This document shows, piece after piece, positions 1 to 9,519 of a stretch of 64,000 nt of DNA; position 1 is the first letter of the stretch; every line of letters starts with the position of its first letter. The DNA lies in assembly GCA_002269645.1 (NCBI GenBank), contig NIVC01000042.1:434001-498000 (forward strand). Direction: 5' to 3'. Position numbers and translations under genes: made by a program. This DNA is from Macrostomum lignano. Taxonomy: Eukaryota. The notes beneath the pieces were generated by a model that was not told where the DNA came from, did not search any database, and saw only the letters and a list, made by a program, of their open reading frames with translations.

Positions 1-2100
1 AAATGCACAGCATGCTACTTTCAGTATAATTCGCACTCGTTCAGTTGAAAAATTGTTATTTACTTTTCTATATTTTATCAAACTATTGAATATGACTTGC
101 TAAAGGTATATTCAAGAAACTGCAGCTTATTCTGGTGTTCAGATAACAATCATAAGACACCTACCTGTCTGCCTTCCTGTATGCTGTTCGTGTGCCACCT
201 AAATATTTTCAAGCAGTACAAAATGCGCACATGCCGTCTGCCTTTCCGTCTGCGCTGCACCTCGACTCGACTCTTTGACAAAATTTTAGTATGAAATTCA
301 GCTTGATGAAACTCATTCCATCAAGTATTTTTTCACACTTTGCCGACTTTGCGTTGCTTATTTTATTTGCTTTTACTTAATTTCTAACGGAAAAATTGGT
401 TTTAATCTTCCAAATGTTTATTTGTTTGGATTAATTTAACTCTTAAATATAAAGACACTATCTCGAATGCTCAATATAATTTCTTTTCATTTATACTTTC
501 TTTCTATTCCTATGTATGGAAATTTGCAAGAGAAGTTTTTTACATCTTTAACATTCTTTGTTTGGCCCTGTATATTTAAAAACATTAGCGCTCGTGTTTA
601 GGGTGACTTTCAATCGATTTTAACAAATGATGAAATGCTCTGTAAGTAAATTAATAGTTTTTTGAAATGCCAAGGCTCAAGAAGTTTCTGAGGTGCCATG
701 ACTCAATGGGCTGATCTTTTAGGTAAGAACACATACTAAAATAACTAGATGGGCCACTCAGCACATTTGCGTGCAAGCTACTCTCAGTTTAGTAGCAAGT
801 TAAACTGAAGCATTTTAATGTTTTTTTTAAAGCCAAAGCTCATTTATTGGCTCTTACCCCCGCCCAAGCTTAAAACCTCCAACTCCACACCGAACTCTAC
901 GCCCGCCGCCCAATTTTTTTTTACCTACCTCGGTTGTTCCAGCCTAAATCTGTCATGTACATTTCAGTGGCTAATTTACATTATGGCTGAACCAATTAGC
1001 TTATGTATTCTTCATTGTATCATTTTGGACGGGTTTTTAGGGGTCCACCAATGAAGCCAAATTGCTGCACGCTTTAAATGTCTATGGCCAAACCACATTG
1101 AGCAAAGCACTTCAGCAAAAATCCAAGCGAGCCAGAATCTCAACTCAGTCAATAGGCCTGCGAACAAAAAGTGGATAGCAAGCACGTAGTACATCTCCTG
1201 TTGAAGAGATTCGGTCCAGAAGGGATCACTTCGGTCAAAGTAGCGGCGTTGCTTTTCCAAATCCTCTGTCTCCAAAGCACAGAACGGTTTCACGGAGCCA
1301 CATAACTTGATGAACATTGGCAGCGGTGGGTTTGAATTGAAGATTGGCCTTTCCGAAACGTTGATCCTCGATGATATTGAGTCCACAGACACGAAGTAGA
1401 TAGCGGAATGGACCAGCTCAAGCGGTAATCAATGAAGCAGGCACATACAATCCGCCATCAATCTTGCGTAAGCGTAGAAGAGCGTAGAAGATGCGCAATC
1501 CAGTGACTAGATGTTCAATATCGGCTGTCGCCGGATCGCAAGAGTAGCTCTTGCTTTGACAGAACCTCTCTAAACTTACGAAGCACCAATTTTCTTGCAC
1601 TAGAACAGACCGGCGTATTGTCCAATTGCATTGCGGACTCTCGCTTACTCGTTCGCCCAACTGGGAACTCGAAGCCCCAACAACGTCAACTTGCGACATG
1701 TGCCGGTTGTTAAATCGTTAAATCCAAAACGAAACCCATTTGCCTTTGGTCGCAGTCGCGCGTTGAGCTTTAGCTAGCTAGCTATTGACTTATGAGCCTT
1801 CTGCTATTGACTTACAACTTCATGTCTACACTTTCTATTTTGGACCATAGATACTTCGAGCGTTGACCCAAACTGATTGTTGCACGCTTCAAATATCTAT
1901 GGTCCAAACGCCTTCAAAATCATACAATATCGGTGAAGAACGGCTACTCGTGCATCAAAAGTTTATGACCTCGGGCGCTTAATTGTACTTATACCCAAAA
2001 GCAATAACAAAATATTTTGGCAATTATTCCACACTTTTCAGGTTCTAGGCCATAGACATAAGGATTTGAAATAACGCAACTGTTATTAAGTGTATTTTAA

Positions 2101-3391
2101 CCATGGAGGAAAGAATAGAATCGAGTGCTAATCTGAGCCAGTTGTTTTTATCTCGTTCGATTTTCGCTTTTAACATCCCTTTCCCCCTGTTCTTTCCTAT
2201 TGGCTCCTGACTGCCATAGACAAAGTCGTTTTCGTCTCGTTTTCGTTTTCACCCCCCCTCTGAAAGGTGTGTCCCAGCATAGTATTGCTTTTGTCGTGCT
2301 ATGTGTAACAGTGGGCATGCAAAACGGAACGGCCCATAGAATTCTATAGCCAAGTGCTTGAATTAACTCGGGGAAAGCAAGCCATAGACAACTCGATTTG
2401 TCATGCAATATGGAACGATGAGCCGGAATAGAAGGAACGGTTAGAGTTTTATTTACAGAAACAATAAAAACAGACATTAATGAAGCACATTTTAAGTCAC
2501 AAATTGAAACCATCAAATATAAAAAGGTAAACTCTTCGTTAGCGTATTAGCTTCTGGCGTCGAGGCTTTCGACTCGGTTGGTGTTTTGGCGCACATCCGT
2601 CCCCTTGGTAGGAAGTTTGATCGTAAAGAGCAAACCATCCATTGCTCGATCAATTGTTTTAAGGCTCACGTGCGGCTTTCCTGACAGGAAAGCTTCCAAC
2701 CAGCTTCTCAGCCATTGACTTTAGCGTTAGAAAGGGATTTAGCTGCACCTCTTGTTGCAAAAAATTGCATCTCTGCGTCCATTTTGCAGCTTTCTTCCTT
2801 GCGTCCTCCACGAGGCAAAGCTTCCAATCTGCTGGCTTGTTCGAATGTTGACCAAATGCGGTGAACAGAAGTTTCGGATACTCCTAACAAAACTGAAACA
2901 TCCGTCATCGACAGTCCACGGTGCAAGGCGGCTATGATACACTGTCGATCGCGTACAGAAATTTGCGGTGCCATCTATACGACCGTAACTTAGCTCGACA
3001 AATCGTTAGAAAATAAAAGCGTCTTGTCTCTGTGAAAAGCTCAAATCGTTCCTTCTATTTTGGCTCACCGTTCCTTCTATTATGGCTCACCCTTCTATTT
3101 TAGCTCACCGTTCCTTCTATTTTGGCTCACCGTTCCATATTGCATGACAAATTAAGTTGTCTATGGCTTGCTGTCTCGAGTTGATTCAAGTGCTGGGCCA
3201 TAGAGCCCTATGGGCCGTTCCGTTTTGGATGTCCCCAGTTCCACATAGCATGACAAAAGCAATACGAGCTCACATCAAAATTTGCTTTCGGCCAATACGA
3301 AGGAACGGGGGAAAAGGGATGCTAAAAGCGAAAATCGAGCGAGACAAAAACAACTGGCGCAGATTAGCACTGCATTCTATTCTTTCCTCCA
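2101..3391 (-). mobile_element. Decayed Tc1/IS630-type DNA transposon with ~300-bp imperfect inverted repeats (~2101-2450 and ~3085-3391)
   Basis: The two flanks are reverse complements (e.g. CATGGAGGAAAGAATAGAAT at ~2102 versus ATTCTATTCTTTCCTCCATG ending ~3391). They enclose an HTH-type transposase remnant. No clean TSD was seen. Confidence 0.6.
2530..2974 (-). pseudogene. Tc1/IS630-like transposase N-terminal remnant (frameshifted; no DDE domain seen)
   Basis: The ORF MAPQISVRDRQCIIAALHRGLSMTDVSVLLGVSETSVHRIW...LPRGGRK is HTH-like. It continues through frameshifts as LQQEVQLNPFLTLKSMAEKL / VSLKTIDRAMDGLLFTIK, which resembles the linker of IS630/Tc1 transposases. Confidence 0.6.
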
Positions 3392-4707
3392 TGATTTTAA
3401 CAGATAAACCCGTGAACCATTTGGCAGTAGAGGCTTCCTTGAAATATTGTATACTTATATTGATATCGAACAAATGCAGTGTTAAAAACGCCAAAGTGCA
3501 TGAAAAAAGATAATTAAATTAAGCTTAACACTTCATCAGTTTGTATAGCCGATTCATCTGTTCAACCGTTGATTTCGGAAGTGACTATAGCTCGGCGCTA
3601 TCCATTGTTGAGATCAACTGCTCACTGAAGCCATCCATGCACTTCCGGCAGGTCCGGCAGTTCTTCAGTTCCATAGTCGTTCAATCCAATCCAATCAATG
3701 GAATCCCGCAAGGCCTGGTCATCGTGACGGTCCGTTGAACTAAGCTCAGACAGCAGTTGCAACTCGTCCATCTTGACTCCGTTTAGCGAGTCCACCGGAA
3801 GATGTTTCCAATTAATAAGCGCAGGCATAGTTGCTTTGTAGATAGAGTTTTAATTTTTGAGAATCGCATAAGATAATCATAGACTGACTTTGAGGAAACT
3901 GTTTTCTCTGGCCCAGCTAAGTATATGGTAGACCTCGTATAGCCCTCGTGTGTTTTGTCTATGGTAAACTAAATCGCAAAACAGACAATAGCACCAGAGC
4001 CAAAAAGTGTTAAATAATGACTGCAAAGTGTGGAATAATGACATGACGCTGTGTAAAAGTATAAATACAATGGACTTTTATAGTATGTAACTTTGTTAAA
4101 AATGGCCATAGACACTCGTGCGCTACGTGCACTTGTGTTTTGGCCATTATTCAACTCAGTTACATACTATACAATCTACCATTGCTACTGAACTTAGAGT
4201 AGAAAGCTGTTTTGCTAAGTATATATATATATACCTGAAAGGCCCATTTAGTCATTCTAGTATCTGTGGGTAAGATTAATATCAGGGATAGCTAATGCTT
4301 TTTCTGTTTAACATCTGTATCTTAAGAAGCCAACAGACTTTCTTACATTCGGTGATTTTCTTTCTTCATTTGGTGCCTCCATGACAGGCAGTTGAGATGC
4401 TGGACTAACCCTAAAACTGACAGAGCGACTCGGGTGGACTCGAAAACTCGAAAACATTTTGACGGTTTCTTGTAGAGATCTTAAGGCTCTCGACATAAGC
4501 CTTGTGTTCAAAATTTTAACTCGTTAAAGGCACTGACTACTCCCTTAAGGACTATTGCTTTTTACACACTTCTGCCATAAACTACTACGAATAAAAGGGT
4601 GGTGTCCATTTATTTCCCACGGAAAGTCGCTATTAATCTGCAGACTGCTCACCTCTAAATCTCGATCTGAATATAGTGGCGAAATTCGACACGGCAAGAC
4701 AAAGCAA

Positions 4708-6579
4708 ATGGCTACAGCTACTACAAAATTAATGAGCAGTGGTGGCGAAGTCAAGATTAAGGCCATTGTGTCGATACAGAAATGGTACCGCCGATACAGG
4801 GCCCGCCTCGAGGCCAGAAAACGCGTAGCCTGGAGAATCCACCAGAACATCGAGTACTCCAGTGAGAATAATCGCATTAATTTGCAAAACTTTTTCAATG
4901 ACGTACTCAACGTTGGCTCCGAACTGTCCGGATGAGGAGCTGATCGCAATTTTGCTCAGCGTCTTCAAGAGATTGAGTCGAGCGCCAACCGGCAGGAGCG
5001 GGAACTACCTAGTTGGACAAATTTTGAAGATATCGCCGTCGAAACGTCCTACTCGGGGCCTCGGTTGACCTTCCCTCTGAGCGCCACTCAGGTCCAAACT
5101 CTGATAGACCACTTCAGTCAGGGAGGACGGCTGCACGCTCGCTACGTCATGCAGCTGCTGCATGAAGTCCGACTGGAACTCAAGACAAGGCCAAACATTT
5201 ATCGACTCAGCACGAGCATCTCCAAGCAGGTGACTGTGGTCGGAGACCTGCACGGGCAGCTGGAGGATCTGCTGCTCATTTTCTACAAGAACGGCCTGCC
5301 GGACGTCACCAACCCGTACGTGTTCAACGGAGATATCGTCGACCGTGGCTCAAATTCGGTAGAGGTAGCGCTGCTGCTGTTCGCCTGTCAGCTGGTGTGG
5401 CCGACGGCGGTTTTTATCAACCGCGGCAACCATGAAGACCCCATTATTAACCAGAAATACGGCTTCAACAAAGAGATTCACAAAAAGTACAATTTACTAT
5501 CACACAAAGTCGTCGATCTATTTAACGAAGTGTTTTCATGGCTTCCGCTTGCCACAATTATTGATGAGAGCATCTTTGTAGTTCACGGTGGCATCTCGGA
5601 AAACCTGGACCTTGAGCTGCTAGATAAACTTGACAGGCACAAGTACTATTCGCTTTTTTCAAACTCAAAAAATGGAAATGTTGATAAAATGGAATGGGAA
5701 CAAGTGGGAGACTTGTTGTGGAGCGATCCTCACGGGCAGCACGGATCCCAAATCAGCAGCCGCGGCAAAGGCTGCCTCTTTGGACCGGACATCACGGCAA
5801 ACTTCTTGCAGCGGAACCGATTCAAGCTGCTAGTTCGCTCTCACCAGGATCCAATTGATGGATACTGTTATACTCACTGCGAATGTGTGCTGACGATCTT
5901 CTCCGCGTCCAACTACCAGTTCGAGGGCAGCAATCCCGGTGCCTACGTCAGGTTCGACAGCAACGGAAAGCCGGAGATTGTGCGGTTCTGCCCAAACAAG
6001 AAAAACATTAAGCCTCTCGGTCGTCAAATTTTCTGCGCCGAAGACGCCGCTCTGCGCAGCCTTCGGGCGAAAATCGCCGCAAGTAAGACCGAGCTGGTGG
6101 CAACCTTCAGCAAAATGGATTCCCGCAAGACCGGCTGCGTCACCGTCGCCCAGTGGTGCAGCGCGATGGAGTCGGTGCTGAAGTTCAATCTGCCGTGGAG
6201 AATGCTGCGGCCTCATCTGACAGAGCTTACTGCGAACAAACGCGTCATGTACATGACGACCTTCCAGAGAGCAACCCTGCAGAACAGTATGGAAAACACA
6301 TTCTTCCCGTTGCCAGACTTTTCAGTGATGGAAGCCGTTTACAAAAACAAGGAAGAGCTGGAGACCATCTTTCGCATCATGGACCGCGACAACAGCGGCT
6401 ACATCAGTCTGGACGAGTTCAAGGAGTGCTGCCGAGTTCTGGGCCGAGCCACCAAGCGTAACCTGCCTGAAGCCGAGATTGTCGACATGGCCAAAGCGAT
6501 GGACCTCAACAAGGACGGCAGGATCGACTTCAACGAGTTTCTCGAGGCCTTTCGAATTGTCGAGTTTAAGAGCAATTAA
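4708..6579 (+). pseudogene. PPEF: PPEF/rdgC-type Ser/Thr phosphatase with EF hands, copy A; intronless, with one in-frame TGA at 4933-4935 (codon 76)
   Basis: The track ORFs 4555-4935 and 5065-6579 are in the same frame and separated only by the TGA. Motifs: IQ (IQKWYRRYRAR), PPP-family GDLHG, GDIVDRG, GNHE, HGG, SASNY, and two EF hands (DRDNSGYISLDE, DLNKDGRIDFNE). The TGA aligns with GGA (Gly) in copy B. Confidence 0.85.
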
Positions 6580-7818
6580 GTCATGGTGCAGTTGTTAAAG
6601 TTGGACTTTCTATAATCCGCAATTTAAGTTTCATAAACGATGTTGCTACCCATGTGTCCCTGTGTGCGATTTCGGTTTGAGATAACAAGTGTCGGTGAAT
6701 TCATCGTCTCTGAAGTATTTACCAAGAAATTTTTCGTTGCATTTTATAGTTGTTTGCTATTTGCTAGATGCAGATTGGTTGGATTGAAAGGGTAGCTTTT
6801 CCTCTGCATACAAGAATATGCGTGCATTAAGCAACGCATCGCTTATTGCAGTGTGCTGAGGGGTTCGAGAGTGCGTTGGTTGACAATCCGTTCTGTGAAT
6901 TTTAGGCTAAGTTTGAAAACTGCAAAAATCAATGTAGTGCATCTCCGTGATTGCACAATGAGGGCTCATTCATGACTGTTCACTAATGCTCAATGGTGAG
7001 GTGTAAGCGTTAGTGAACTCCGCAAGTAACAATTAGCCAATTTGAATTTTCGGTTTACTAATCTTATTCTAGAGTTTTCTTCTATGGAGCCATGTAAGGG
7101 CCAGTTTCCTGAACCAAATGCACTATAAAGATAGCCATTTCCCCTAACCAGCATTTCCTGTCCTGTCCATAAAAAATTAGATTTTATCCCAAGCATCTAT
7201 TGGCAGCAAAAACTAGGAAGATGGAGGAAGCACAAACGTCTAATCACATAAAACTTCAGCTGTTTCTCAAATCAAACAAATGAAATGCGAAGGAAGGAAA
7301 CTAAAAATCATGGTTAAAATGCCTGTTCCATAATTGAAAATTTGGTATTGGCCCCTAAACAAACAGAATTGAAATTATTTTGCTAAGCATAGGATCCTAG
7401 CTGTCTGCTGCAGTTGGGACAGGTTTGAGTTGCTTAGCACGGCAGGTTATTAGCCTAGGCCACTCATCAAACAATACACATTGTAAAAGCATTAGCTAAC
7501 CAATACACGCTCTGTTTAACTGAGCTGCACAAACAATGCAAGGCAATTCTCGTCAGTTATAACTGTCGCTGAACTGCTTGGTTAATAGGAAGGGCCAAAA
7601 GCTGAGTTGCCCTAAGCAACGAGAGGTGGAAGTCATATATGCTTTATATTGGTCAGAAACTTCCATTTGTTACCAAAGTAAATAGGTGCGCTTGGAGCTT
7701 TCTGATTGGAATGATTGAGCCGGTACAGATCGATTCATTTCCTTGATTGCCTCTCTGTTGAGTTGAGTATAACTGCACAGCAGTCAGTCGCCAAGTCTCC
7801 CCCAGAAACTACCAAGGA

Positions 7819-9519
7819 ATGGACGCCCAGCGCCTACCTCTGTCCGTGATAGTCAAAGAATCCGTGGCCAATACCACAGCTCACGCCATCGGCCGTGTGG
7901 CCCCTACAAGTCGCGCCATTGTGTTGAGGATCTTCTGGCTTCTGGCTTTCTTGAGCTTCCTGGGCCTTCTGCTTAACACCTGCACCGTCTACATTCGACG
8001 CCTGAACAGTCCGAGCGTAAGGTCCGAGTTCCAAGCGGAAAAGGTTCCATTCGAGTTTCCCGATGTCTACTTTTGCAACAGTCTCCAAGCCGCTGGCTCG
8101 TTTATCTACCGACTGAACAGGTCAGAGGCGGACCAGGTGAACATGCCGTTCTATGCTGCTCAGACTGCATTCGATGCCGCTCTCGGATCTCTGAATGCGT
8201 CGGAGAGTGAAAACACAACACTGCGCGAACTTCGGCCAACAAGCTTGATCCAGTCTCTGCCCTACAGAACTCTGGCGGACATTGTGGGTCAGAGAAAGCT
8301 GCAGACATTCTACGGAAACTACGGAATCTTCAGTGCAGGCTCAGATCGCAGTCTGAATTCCCCGATCGCGGTAGAGACGCTGTTCCACCCGAACCATCTG
8401 AAGTGCTTCAAGCTTGCCCTCACCGATGCTGAGTTATCACGCATGCAGAATACGAACAACAGATTGCAGCTCGACCTGCTTCTCGATCCTTACTTCTTTG
8501 ACTTCGATAAGCTTGGCCTGTTTTCAAACCATACAGACCGGCTTCCAACAATGTCTGTTTTCGTATCTGGTCAACAGATAACATTATATCCATTCGACTG
8601 GAACCTGGAGAATCCGATTGGGTTCGATAAAGGCAGTGGAATGTATCTCTACCTGACGCCCAGAGGTCACTACCCGTCTCGATTCACCTCTAATGTGATC
8701 AGCCTGGGTCCCGGTCGAGCCTACGACGTCTCCATCGCAATGCAAGATGCCCAGATGACACCGGCGGACTTTCCCGGCCAGTGCGTTGAGAAACACGACG
8801 ACCCAGTTCTGTTCTTGAACCCGTACAACGGCGCCGCAGATGCGTTCAGCTACAGCGAGGCTCACTGCTACTATTCGGAGATGGCGAGGGACAGACAGCA
8901 GAGGTACAACTGCAGCCCGACACCTGAGCCTACAACCTGGGAGTTTAGACATCTCCCTCTGTGCCTGAACCTCACAGCGGCTGAAACTGAAGAAGAAATT
9001 CATCGAAACATGAAGGCGTCCGTAAAGGCGCGTCTGGATGTCAATGGCGGCAACAGCACGTGGTACGACTTGTGCTCCGCGAAGCGACTGTGCAAGCGAC
9101 GCACTTACTCCGTGACGTCATCTTATGGAATGTGGCCGAACCAAGCGAGTCTCGTTCGTCTGGTGGATAACGTCATTGGCTCTTTGCTGCAACGTGTTGA
9201 TCGATCGCAGTTCAGATCACTCGAGACGGGTGTTGGAACATTGCAGTTTATCGATAAATCAGTGCGTCTTATTGACTTCGAAGACGGAGCGTTGCGCTAC
9301 TTCCGGCGAGCAGCGGTGAGAGTCACGTTGAGAGCAGAAGCAAGTCGAAGCTCTCTGACAACATTCAGCCTTGACTATCGGCTTGGTCAGTTCATCGCGG
9401 ACGTTGGCAGCGCACTTGGTTTGTATCTGGGATGTTCGCTGCTCACCGTGTTGGAGCTGTTCGAGCTGCTGCACAATGTGCTTCTTTTTGCTGTCTGCTG
9501 CAGGCCGGCGTCGAATTGA
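7819..9519 (+). CDS. DEG/ENaC (amiloride-sensitive cation channel) family subunit, copy A, 566 aa, intronless
   Basis: TM1 IFWLLAFLSFLGLLL; post-TM1 FPDVYFCN; Cys-rich thumb; Y..S...WP motif; TM2 FIADVGSALGLYLGCSLLTVLE containing the G-x-S filter. Confidence 0.9.
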   Translation: MDAQRLPLSVIVKESVANTTAHAIGRVAPTSRAIVLRIFWLLAFLSFLGLLLNTCTVYIRRLNSPSVRSEFQAEKVPFEFPDVYFCNSLQAAGSFIYRLNRSEADQVNMPFYAAQTAFDAALGSLNASESENTTLRELRPTSLIQSLPYRTLADIVGQRKLQTFYGNYGIFSAGSDRSLNSPIAVETLFHPNHLKCFKLALTDAELSRMQNTNNRLQLDLLLDPYFFDFDKLGLFSNHTDRLPTMSVFVSGQQITLYPFDWNLENPIGFDKGSGMYLYLTPRGHYPSRFTSNVISLGPGRAYDVSIAMQDAQMTPADFPGQCVEKHDDPVLFLNPYNGAADAFSYSEAHCYYSEMARDRQQRYNCSPTPEPTTWEFRHLPLCLNLTAAETEEEIHRNMKASVKARLDVNGGNSTWYDLCSAKRLCKRRTYSVTSSYGMWPNQASLVRLVDNVIGSLLQRVDRSQFRSLETGVGTLQFIDKSVRLIDFEDGALRYFRRAAVRVTLRAEASRSSLTTFSLDYRLGQFIADVGSALGLYLGCSLLTVLELFELLHNVLLFAVCCRPASN

